Shown here: one piece after another, positions 1 through 9,881 of the stretch
Layout of the letters: every line of letters begins with the position of its first letter
Position numbering within the stretch: the stretch's first letter is position 1
Source of the DNA: Paramicrosporidium saccamoebae KSL3
Lineage: Eukaryota; Fungi; Cryptomycota
Length of the DNA: 32,000 bases
NCBI GenBank assembly: GCA_002794465.1
Contig: MTSL01000010.1
Location: 27,579-59,578, forward strand
Direction of reading: 5' to 3'
Notes under the pieces: model-generated
The model's database searches: none
What the model saw: the letters and a program-made list of their open reading frames with translations, nothing else
What the model was told of the DNA's origin: nothing
Program-made: the position numbers and the translations under genes

Positions 1-1060
1 TTTGAAACATCATCTTGTAGAGCCAGGTTCCTTCAGAACTCGGATGGACTGCAGTGATGTACTCTGATAGCGAGTCAGAATAGCCCAATTCGGCTGCAAA
101 GCTATCAGCACTAAACTCAAATTGTCTCCTCATATAAAGGCGCAGTGGCTCCACGACACTCCGTGCTACAGAGGTCAAAAACATGCCCATAGTATAGGCA
201 ATGCTGCTGGAAGCATCCGTCAGATCCATTGCTGCAAAAATGTCCAAATGGCCAAGCATCGTTTGTGCGATACGAACACTGGCAATCTTGAAGGCGGCAT
301 CAATTCCAAGGTCTATAAAATTATGTCCATAGCGCCAATGACCCAATTCGTGGGCAATCACGGCCTCGACTTGGTCTTTGGGGCGATCAATAATCTGGCC
401 CTTCAAAATCACTGCCATTGAAGATGCAGAACGGATAAATTCGGCCGATTCTTTTTGGCCGTTCTTCAGGACCCGCACATTCTCGGCACAATATCCAACC
501 TGTTCCGCAAATTGCAAATCGCCTATATAGGGGTCCGTCTTTGATATTCTGGACCTGACCAGCACCTCTAGTCTGATCTGACTAATCACTAGAAACAAGA
601 CAGTCCACAGCACAACCCGCATGCTTGGCTTTCTGACTCGTCGCTGCAAAAGGTCGAAAATAACTGCAAAGGTCCAATTCATCGCCATGTCCGAAATAAT
701 GGACAATGCCAAGCCACTCTGCTTTCCCAAAAATGGCGAGCCGTCAATATAGATCCCACCAACCTTGATTGCGGTGGCAAAGGTCGACCAGAACGCTTGA
801 TACGCTGCGCAACGAATGTCCAGTTGATAGTTTGTTAAATGGGAGCATATTAGCGTCCAGAGAAGTGGTACCGAATTGGACCAAATTATAACAAGTAACA
901 TGACGATCAAGTAGCCCTGATGATACACTCGGGGCATGACGTTATGCGGCGACACCGCACCAGTCTGAAGCCAATAGTGATGCTCCTGATACGCCGCATA
1001 ATAGTAGCACAAATAAATAGCTATCAAGAAAATGCATACAGTTGCGTGCACAGTTGCCAT
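1..1060 (-). CDS. Peptidase M48 (Ste24/CAAX prenyl protease 1-like) membrane zinc metallopeptidase, 3'-partial (runs off window)
   Basis: Hand translation of the minus strand from ATG 1060 is open for 353 codons to the window edge, so the ORF track omits it. It has several hydrophobic segments, EAVIAHELGHWRYGH (HExxH at 352..338) and RRQFEFSADSFAAELGY (third Zn ligand Glu at 118..116), both matching Ste24-family motifs. Confidence 0.88.
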   Translation of the reverse strand, partial: MATVHATVCIFLIAIYLCYYYAAYQEHHYWLQTGAVSPHNVMPRVYHQGYLIVMLLVIIWSNSVPLLWTLICSHLTNYQLDIRCAAYQAFWSTFATAIKVGGIYIDGSPFLGKQSGLALSIISDMAMNWTFAVIFDLLQRRVRKPSMRVVLWTVLFLVISQIRLEVLVRSRISKTDPYIGDLQFAEQVGYCAENVRVLKNGQKESAEFIRSASSMAVILKGQIIDRPKDQVEAVIAHELGHWRYGHNFIDLGIDAAFKIASVRIAQTMLGHLDIFAAMDLTDASSSIAYTMGMFLTSVARSVVEPLRLYMRRQFEFSADSFAAELGYSDSLSEYITAVHPSSEGTWLYKMMFQ

Positions 1061-1136
1061 TCGTGTTCTACCGCCAGCGGACCTGCCCCGGAGGCTTTTT
1101 ACTCGAATGTCAAATAGTTTGACAGGATGAAACGCG

Positions 1137-2881
1137 TTATGTAATTTTCTTTTCAGGGTACCTGTAATGGTAAATGATTGTTGTAAGGGCAAGATACAAG
1201 ATGGCAAACCCAGCCAAAGCGGGCAGACACGCTGCAATGGGTATTTGATCAAAGTCATTGATGCCAAGATATACGGCTATATCAGTGTCATCAGTGGCTG
1301 ATGATCCGGCCAACTCGTTCTGGATGAGACATTGGAAGGAATAAAAGACGGGCGAAATGAACTGTATCCATCGAAGTATCCAGGTTGGATTGGGGGCCGT
1401 GGAGAGGTTTCCAAAAATAAATGATACAACAACAAGGAACGGCATTACGATTTGGCCATACTCCAGACGATGCACTGACACTTGTACCAGCATTCCCAGA
1501 GCGACGCTGGCAAAGATTAGCAATAACAGATCCGAGATAAAGACTACCAAATGCTGAAACCCATCGGTTCGCAGGCCAGTAATATAATATAAGGCAGTGC
1601 CAAAGACTAGGAACGAGAGCGATCTCAGGGGCAGGGAAGCCACGAATTGCGACCACACAAAGGCTGCACTCTGAATCAGCCGCACTCGTCGGTCCAGGGC
1701 AAAGTGCCTCAGGGCATGCTCAAACCGCACCATTCTCGATAGGGAATTGGAAAATAGCACATTAATGCTCAGGAAATACAGCAACCCGACACGATCAACA
1801 AGTCCGTCGCGGGTGAGAGGGATCTGAAAAAAGACAAAGGACATGATCATGTAAACTGCGAAATTGACAAGTACAAGACCAAGGACATATTTGCGACTTT
1901 TAAAATCTTCAGAGAGCTGAAAGAGCAGCAGATTCCAAAATGTCACATACCAGGGTGCGGGCCAGCGTTCCAAAACAGGATCAAGCGGACGCATTAGAGA
2001 TTCCGAGGGTTCTGACAGATTAGAAAAGGCGCTGAATTCCTCATATTTCTTTTCCATTGCAGATCGGCTAGTGTAGGGTCCAAGTAAGAGTTTCGAAAAC
2101 GCTTCCAATTTTCGCTCCATAGAGGGCCCCGGGGATCGCGAATCAATGGCTTTGAGAAATGTGTCTTTGGAGCACGCGAGAATGGCAGTCTTTTCAAAAA
2201 TGACCGATACACTCGCAATGTATTCAAAATACTCGGCTTTCATATCAGTTAATGCAATGACGATGGGAATATTCCGGTCTCGAGCCAATCGTTCAATCTT
2301 GGACAAAAGAGTGGTTGAATCGGCATCGAGTCCATTTAATAGATCAAAGATAAAGACTACATTGGCATGATGGCACGTCTCGATTGCTACAAAATCACAG
2401 TTGCACCGCGTTCATTACCAAGCATCAGAGTTCTCCGAACGAGCAAACTGAGTGAATCTGGGGTTCCCAATCGCAACAGCCGTCGGTCCCTAACCTCCTC
2501 CAACTCAAAATACGCAATCAGCTCATTTACAATCTCATTCCGTCGGGCACGGGTTGTACTGTGCCAATATCTTTGCGAGACTGCAAGCTTCAAGTGTTCT
2601 TCGACAGTCAATTTTCCGGACAATGTGTCAACATTGGGCACAAACGCAAATCTGTACCTCCAATCTCGCGGCCTCGGGTGTCCATTTAACAACAATTCCC
2701 CCGACTCGGGCTGTGAATATGCCATGGTCTGGAGCAGCGCCCCCGTCAGACTGCTATTGTTGGACAGGATAGCATGCACACCGCCTACTACACAAATTCC
2801 ACTTTGGGGACCCGAGATCTCCTCTCTTTCACCTTCGTCAGATTTATAGCGTACACGCACACTCTGCCACTCAAACGACAT
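1137..2881 (-). CDS. ABCG-family half transporter (NBD-TMD) with degenerate nucleotide-binding domain, about 570 aa, 2 exons
   Basis: ORFs 2387..2881 and 1137..2306 join across a 32-nt GT-AG intron (2418..2387), giving ...LMLAIETCHHANVVFIFDLLNGLDAD..., which aligns with the ABCG Walker B/D-loop. LTVEEHL matches the ABCG LTVxE motif. The C-terminal ABC2-type TMD contains DRVGLLYF and WIQFISPVFYSFQCLIQNEL. Confidence 0.85.
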
Positions 2882-2977
2882 TAAACTCTAAAACATTAAT
2901 TATTGTGAGAGAGTACATAGAAGGACCAGGGATTTGAATGATTCCAATTTCAACCACTTAATCCTTATTGTCGTGAG

Positions 2978-4033
2978 ATGTCGGGTATTACCAAATGGGC
3001 CGCCGCTGATGGCAGCTTCAAGCGCCAAGTTAGTAGTTTCCGCGATTTCGTCTCAAAGACGTCGCCCAAGTTTAAGCCTGCTGCTGGAAGATATCATCTA
3101 TACGTCTCCTACGCATGCCCTTGGGTAGGCTGTCCATTTACAGCTACAATGTTTAGGCTCACCGTACATTACTTGTGCGCAGTCTGAAGGGATTGCAAAA
3201 CGCCATTGGAGTTTCGGTCGTGGACTATTTTATGGGCGAGAATGGTACATCTTCATCAGCCCTTATATAGCTTAGGTTGGAAGTTTAGCACGCCAGAGGA
3301 AACTCCGGGCTGCATTCCCGATCCCCACCACAACAGCAAATTCATTCGCGAGCTCTATCTCCGTGCTGATCCCTCATATTCAGCTCGCTTCACCGTGCCC
3401 GTCCTCTGGGACACGGAGACGCAGACAATTGTCAATAACGAGAGCTCGGAAATTATCAGAATGCTCAGCGCAGAGTTTAACGATTTTGCAGAGAACCCCG
3501 AGCTGGAGCTATACCCCGAAGAGCTAAAGGACAAGATTGACGAAACTAATGAATGGGTTTATGACATGCTCAATAACGGAGTCTACAAGGCCGGCTTCGC
3601 CACGGCCCAAGCTGCGTGTACTCTGTCCAGTGCCAAACACGACTAATGCTTTAGATGAGGAGAGTGCTAAAAAGGTGTTTGAGGGATTGAAAAAGGTTGA
3701 TTCTATTTTGGAGAACAACAAGTATCTTGTTCCCGGTGATCGACTCACTGAGGCGGACATTCGTCTGTACACAACCATACTGCGCTTTGACCCAGTCTAT
3801 TTTGGTCACTTCAAGTGCAACTTGTTGGCAGTCTCCGACTGTCCCAATATTATGAGATGGCTCAAGATGATTTCCAACCTGCCTGGAGTCAGAGAGACTA
3901 TAAACATGGAACATATCAAGGTACCCATCAGTATATTATTAGAATATTCTAGAAACACTACTACATGTCCCACAAGCAAATCAATCCCACCCAGATTGTC
4001 CCCCTTTCTGAAGGCCCCAAGTTGTTTGACTGA
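2978..4033 (+). CDS. ECM4: Glutathionyl-hydroquinone reductase / omega(xi)-class glutathione S-transferase, about 307 aa, 5 exons
   Basis: Motifs GRYHLYVSYACPW|AHRTL, FTVPVLWD, IVNNESSEIIRM, NNGVYKAGFA, LTEADIRLYTTILRFDPVY and HYYMSHKQINPTQIVP. Introns 3125..3156, 3245..3275, 3618..3654 and 3921..3952 restore the frame and the family motifs. Confidence 0.93.
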
Positions 4034-4193
4034 TGCACACTGTAATCTTAGTGGGATAAATAAACGGCAGCTGCTTGGCCGCTTGCCTGTTAAGGAAATT
4101 CCATAACATTCCGGGTTACACCCAATCAAAAAAGGGCATGAGTCAGGCTTTACTATAATTGGTCACGGGTGCGTGGATTGTCCACAGTCGCTC

Positions 4194-4856
4194 ATGCAGA
4201 TATTCGTCAAGTCGCTGGACAGCCCCACCTACTGCCTGTCTCTGGACGGCACGCAGTCTGTCAGCGACCTCAAGAAACTCGTGGCGACTCGCACGGGTGT
4301 CCCAGCAGGACAGCAACGTCTGGTCCATGCTGGCAAACACATGGCCGACCAGAGTGCGCTTATCGAGTGCGGTTTAGAAGAAGAGAGCACAGTCAGACTG
4401 CTGCTGAGGCTGCGTGGAGGCACAATGAATATTCATGTAAAGATACTGGGTGGACGAAGCATCCTCCTGCAGCCATCCGGCCAAGATATTACTATTGCAG
4501 ACCTGCAGAAGCTATTGGAGGAGAGCGAAGGACTATCAGCTGGGAAATACGAGCTCATGTTCTGTGGCCAGAAGCTCGAGGCTGCCCGCACCCTACTCTC
4601 CTACCAAATCGGTGCCGAGTCTACTCTTGATGCTGTGCTGCCCAGCCGTCCAAAGGGGCGCTGTGCCGTCACGGGCTGTGTCGATCGGGTAGCCAAGGTG
4701 GTGGGGGATTGTCGCTACTGCGGCCATGGCTATTGTTCCAAACATCGTCTCCCCGAAAGCCATGAATGCGACAACATGCAGGGATGTCGACAGCAGTCAT
4801 ACGAGAAGAACTCGAGCAAACTAATGGGAGAAAAATGTGTGGCTGACAAGGTGTAG
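4194..4856 (+). CDS. Two ubiquitin-like domains plus C-terminal AN1-type zinc finger (ZFAND4/AN1-like), 220 aa
   Basis: ATG 4194 gives MQIFVKSL...QQRLVHAGK...LRLRGG (76 aa). A second UBL begins MNIHVKIL. The AN1 finger is CAVTGC...CRYCGHGYCSKHRLPESHEC. Confidence 0.9.
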   Translation: MQIFVKSLDSPTYCLSLDGTQSVSDLKKLVATRTGVPAGQQRLVHAGKHMADQSALIECGLEEESTVRLLLRLRGGTMNIHVKILGGRSILLQPSGQDITIADLQKLLEESEGLSAGKYELMFCGQKLEAARTLLSYQIGAESTLDAVLPSRPKGRCAVTGCVDRVAKVVGDCRYCGHGYCSKHRLPESHECDNMQGCRQQSYEKNSSKLMGEKCVADKV

Positions 4857-4924
4857 GATAGATTGCAGATGGAAAAGTAGTGTACAATAAACGCTTTCAT
4901 CTTTCCCCATTTGTCCATAACGAG

Positions 4925-5862
4925 ATGGCTGTTGCTGCACTTGGATTGCTGAACAGGATCCAGAGACTGTTGTTATCGTCGCATTTGGCCTGGATTCTTC
5001 TCATCTTTCTATTCCTGGAGAGGGAGCATCTGCAGGGACAATTACGCTCATCCCGTACATATCAATGATTGTCTGACGGTTAGTGTCATACAATGAGTAT
5101 GGCAGTAAATTGGCACTGGTAGTCCCGTTCATTGCCGACGAACTACCGACCATTGAACGCAATTTTGCCGTCTGGGCCAAGCATTCTCCCTGCACCACCA
5201 ACCTTCCCGTCGACCTCGTCTTTTACTTTAACAGCGATTATGCCCGTCATCCCCACATTCTTCCCCGTCTCCGTGCACTCTCCGTGCCGTCCTGCTTCCG
5301 TCGCACCCAGTATCTTATGGCCAATCTTCCACAAGCCGAGGACACCTACCCACTGGGCGCCTCGCTCATGTTCTTCAAGGCCATGGAAATTCCATCCCTA
5401 GTGGATGGATATCGTTACATGTACTGGATGGAGGCTGACCAGCAGCCTTGTCGTACCGGCTGGCTGGACGCCCTCTACCGCACGGCCATTAATCATCCCG
5501 GATTCTGGATGATAGGCAGCATTGTGCGGGATGGCCAGGCTAGCACCACATATTACAGCTTTGCAGACCATCTCAATGGCAATGCGCTTTACCGATTGGA
5601 TGATCCTCAGTTCCACACCTTTCTTGCCAGAGTGCAGGAGGAATTTAGCAAAAACAAGGGCCGATTCCTGTCGGCATTTGACATTGCCATATACCTGGTC
5701 GCCCGACATACCTTGTCATTCAATGAATATGCCAGGACGAAACATCGTTTCCAGTATTCGGACCTGATGCAAAACATGTACCGTACTGCTGCAAACATTA
5801 CTACCATTTGTGATGCAAATCCATCCACCTACTTTGTGCATGGAAAATATCTTTCCCAATAA
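4925..5862 (+). CDS. Type II membrane protein, putative GT-A-fold (nucleotide-sugar) glycosyltransferase of unknown family, about 302 aa, 2 exons
   Basis: N-terminal hydrophobic anchor (AWILLIFLFL). A 29-nt intron 5055..5083 joins it in frame to ORF 5083..5862. Motifs YMYWMEADQQP (DxD-like position), FWMIGS and DHLNGNALY. The CDS is well supported; the enzyme call is inference. Confidence 0.55.
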
Positions 5863-5901
5863 TCAAATATACAGCCCAATTTGTGTATGAACAATTTATT
5901 C

Positions 5902-8900
5902 CTATTGCCAGTTGTAAGGCGGTCTTTGCGGCTGGTGCGGCTGCGATGGTGGAGGTGGCTGCGGTTGTTGAGACTGCTGGGGTAATAAACTAGACAATCT
6001 CGGATCGACAGTCTTGAACACGGAATATTTGTCTTCTGGAGTGGGATATGTTGATTGTAAAGGCATCATGGGCCTCTGTGCTGCAGATTGGAATGGCATG
6101 GTCATTCCAATCTGGTCAGTTGGAACTCCTGTTGGAAATTTGCTAGTTGGCATTCCTCCTGTCAATACCCCGCCCGTTGGCATCCCTCCAGTAGATGGCA
6201 TTCCCCCAGTAGAAAGTCCTCCCATCAGTATTCCGCCAGCTGGCATCCCCACAGTAGATGACATCCCCCCAGTAGAGAGTCCTCCTGTCAATGCTCCGCC
6301 AGTCGGAATTCCTTGGTTTGACCCATTAAACGTCATTCCTGGGTTAAATCCACCATTGGGTAGACTCATTCCTCGATTGACAGACTGATGAGTTGGCATC
6401 CCCGTGGAGGTGCCCATCACGTTTGGCTGAAATTGCATTCCAAAATTCCCAGGTATCAATTCTGGCTGTCCCGACATGGATCTCTTTAACATGTACTGTG
6501 TTGTGGTCTGCTGCTGGGCCATTTGTCCATTGGGCATGGTCACCTGTCCGGTAGTCGAATATTCCCGAAAGATGGGCTGCGTGGGCATTTGGATCGATGA
6601 CAGAGTGTTTTGAGGTTGGAGGACGGGAATGTCCCGCACGGCCCGGACTGGCTGCATCGGAGTGGGCAGTAGCACAGCTGCACTGGGAAGGGATGCCGCT
6701 CTTGTTGGCGACGTTTGGGTGGGACTCAGCGGTCTAGCCATCATCGGTGTCTTGGCAGTCAGACTGGCAAGCAGCTTATCCTGTCCAAGTTGTTCCAACC
6801 TCTTCAACTTTCGTCTTGTCACTCCTTGGAGTATAAGAAGAACATCGCCGTCTGAAAGTGTCAGCGTGGATTTTATCTTGTCCCTTGTCACATTGTCGAG
6901 CCAAATCTCATCCAGCATCTTGTTGACACATTGGGTGGATATGTTGATGGCAGTTTTAGATTCAACTCCGCAATCCACCAGAAATTGCAACCAGTCAAAT
7001 CCCTTGACCTTGAAGCTCGTAGGGTCGACATTCGGTGACGGCTCGGCAGCGCCAGTATACTTTATACCACATCTCCTGTAGACATATTCCACATCCCGTT
7101 CACTGAGCATGTCAATTGGGACCGAGATTTTATTGCCATTCAGCTTGTGAAGATGAACAACTCGGTCGGTAAAGGATACGTATGCCGCCTCCGTTTGAAA
7201 CTTTCCAGACTTGTCCTTCCACAGCCTAGTGTCAGAGGGCGACGGTTCTACAAGAATAAGAAAATACCATTAGAGAATATACTGTGATCAGCAGCAGCCT
7301 TATCCGGACGGCTTGGCAATGCTTTGGGTTGGACAGCCCCCACCAAATTTGAAGGCGCTGTAGCTTTCTTTTCAGACTTTTTCAACGAAACGGACGACCA
7401 CGGATTCGATTTAACAGGACCTGGAGCAGCCACTTCTGCAATAACTCGTAACGGGGGCTGCTCAGTTATTGAAGTCTTTCTAAGCGATTCGGTGGCCCTG
7501 ATAATCTCCAAATTTGATGGCTGCTTCACTGCGGCACTTGTGTCAACCCTTTCCACAGATTTTCGCAACTCAATCTTGGGCTCTACCTTGACAGGATGTG
7601 GCGGTGGAGGTCTTACATAGTCACCCATTCGAGCTGGCGGTAACAAAGATCCAGCAGTGTTAACCCCTTGGGCTGACGGGGGCGGAGAAATTCCAGCATC
7701 AATCCTCCGGGCTGGGGTGGGTGGCGGAGACGGAACAAGCTCGGATTTAGCAAAGGGCTGTTTCGGCTGTTGTGTTAGTTGCGGTAGCTGTGGCGGCTGA
7801 GGGGGATGGGACGGTGATTCGCTTCGTCCGTCATCAGAGGGTCGAGTAGGGAGAGGTGGCGCTGGTGGGGGAGGCGGAGGAGGCGGGGGAGGTATAGTCG
7901 TGATCGGCGCATTAGAAGTTCTGTTCGGCAAAGGGGGTGGCGGAGGAGGGGCTGTGGTTGCAGCGATTGGGACATTTTCGGTTGGTGGTTGTTTGCCAGC
8001 TTCTAATGTTCTTCTAGAACTGTCCAGCTGCTTCACCATGTCTACCGACTGCTGGGACTTTTGTAATAACTCTCCCAAGAATGGTAACTTTGCCATGCCA
8101 TCCGTATTTGTATCGGCATCATCAGCGGGTATGCCATGTTCTTCAACTGCCGAGCCAGTGTAATTTTCTGCGTATTCAGAATGCTGCTGATAATCCGTCT
8201 CTTCTTCAGGCGCAACATATTGGTCTTGATCCTCCATCGGGTCATCATAGTGCTCTTCGTCATAATACGCATCCACAGGATCAGCATATTGTTCTTCTTG
8301 ATGCTCTCCACCGTAATGCTCATATCCAACATGGCTCTCTTGATAATCTTGACAATCGTTATATTCTTCATGAGGTGCACTCTTGTCATGCTGTTCACTG
8401 GCACCATAATGATCATTTTCGTCATATTCGGCATCCTTGTAATCATGCATATTCTCACCATTGTCGCCATATTCTGTACTCTTGTAATCATGCACATTCT
8501 CACCATTGTCGTCATATCCTGCACTCTTGTAATCGTGCTCAATTTCACCATTGTCGTCATATCCTGCAATCTTGTAATCGTGCCCATGTTCGCCATTGTT
8601 GTCATATTGCTCACATTCTTTCACTTCCGACGGCATCTCGACATTTTCAAACTCGCCATCATCGATTAGGTACGATTTGGGAACCAGTCCTTGTTGATTT
8701 CCATTGGATACTAGCCACCAATCTTCTTCACTGTCATCTAGAATAAATACTTGTTGGCCTTCTGTCACAGTCAGCTCATCTTCTTGCTGGGCTTTATAAT
8801 CATACAATACAGTAGTTGATTGTCTTTCCGAGGGCAGAGGCTCTTTTGGGGGCGCTTGCACAACAACAGGATCTTCTATAGAGGGAACAGAATGACTGGT

Positions 8901-9701
8901 TCTAACTAATTTTTCAAATTCTTTTCCATCATTCTTTCCCAGAACAATCTTTCGGTTCTCCCCTTGAATGGTGATCAGCTCTCCAGTTTTTCTATCAAAC
9001 GACGTAATTTCCGTTATTCCACAACTACATTCTACAATCTATAGGAAGTCAGTCACCACTCTGCTTAAACCTTTTCCTTTCCATGTACAAAGACTACCAT
9101 TCCATTTTCAAGGACCAGTAGCTTTCCCTTTAGCTTCTTCTCTGCATGCAACTCGGCCGACCATTTTTTCTTTGTTTGTATATTAGGAAAGAGTGTCTTT
9201 AATCCCACGCTCACCTGCACCGGTGCCGGGTTCGGGATTTCAAAAATATTTCCACCACTCCCACTCCCACTCTCACCCCCATCATCCCTGTTCTCATTTT
9301 CAGCATCATCAGTTTCCTGGACATAGTTCGAGGGAACCAATCCGTACTGTCCCGCAGAATTGCGGACCAGCCACCAATCTTCATCCAGACGGTCCAGCAG
9401 GGTGAGAGACTCGCCCTCGGCAAATGACACTTCATTATCCTCTTGAGCGGCGTATTCATATATCGCCCAAACCAGACCCAGGCTCTCCAACTACAGATGA
9501 GCAAAATAAACAGAGTACGGGCTCGACATAATTCGCAGGTATCAGTCCGAGACGGTCGGCAGCGCGGAGCGGATGGGCCAGATGCCACGACTCGGGTCCA
9601 CCCGGTAGTAGACACAGCAGTTCATCTTCAGAAAAGGATAGCTCCTCCGAGTCGGCCGCCTCATAGCTGTACAGAGCCTTCACCACATTGTCATATGGCA
9701 T
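5902..9701 (-). CDS. SLA1: Sla1-like endocytic adaptor: 3 SH3 domains, SHD1, SHD2/SAM-like domain, C-terminal TGG repeats, about 1234 aa, 4 exons
   Basis: SH3 domains KALYSYEA..GLIPANYV, AIYEYAAQ..GLVPSNYV and VLYDYKAQ..GLVPKSYL. SHD1 RLWKDKSGKFQTEA..HLHKLNGNKISVP is recovered in the gap 7247..7111. SHD2 is FDWLQFLVDCG..LSDGDV. Introns 9518..9491, 9070..9039 and 7282..7248 keep the frame. Confidence 0.92.
6179..6302. repeat. Two copies of a 60-nt unit encoding the Sla1 C-terminal TGG-rich repeats
   Basis: ggcatccctccagtagatggcattcccccagtagaaagtcctccc recurs 60 nt later as ggcatccccacagtagatgacatcccccagtagagagtcctcct. Confidence 0.75.
8413..8608. repeat. 45-nt coding tandem repeat (about 4.4 copies) encoding YDDNGExxHDYKxxG in Sla1
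   Basis: Units start at 8413, 8458, 8503, 8548 and 8593, with consensus ccattgtcgtcatatcctgcactcttgtaatc... Confidence 0.9.
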
Positions 9702-9726
9702 TGCTCGCTCTCCGGCCCGCTGCACT

Positions 9727-9736
9727 CTGATTGGCC
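9727..9736 (-). promoter_or_regulatory. Candidate CCAAT box in the SLA1/RAD52 divergent promoter
   Basis: GGCCAATCAG on the minus strand is a full NF-Y/HAP consensus, about 25 nt upstream of the SLA1 ATG. Motif match only. Confidence 0.35.
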
Positions 9737-9881
9737 CTCATGCAAGACTGCATTTTGTATTGACATCCAAGCCCAAGAATAGCATGACGGCAGTAAGTGT
9801 ACATTAACGGACATTTATCTAATTAATTCATGAGCCTGAGGCCATGGGCCGGGTGAGTGCGATGCAAATTAAAGAATAAAT

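Noticed and set aside
1132-1137. ACGCGT (MCB-like) site upstream of the M48 gene
   Set aside because: It is a single hexamer touching the ABCG stop codon, with no second copy and no cell-cycle rationale.
8420-8450. DYKD sequence resembling a FLAG tag
   Set aside because: It is part of a native degenerate 15-aa repeat with no vector context.
8042-8746. Long alternative-frame ORFs (190, 221 and 177 aa) over the Sla1 acidic region
   Set aside because: They are shadows of the low-complexity repeat within a well-supported CDS and have no recognisable motifs.
9170-9214. Possible 45-nt in-frame intron with a GTGAGC donor in SLA1
   Set aside because: It ends in AAG, is longer than all other introns and has no stop, so it was treated as coding. 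RNA-seq would decide.
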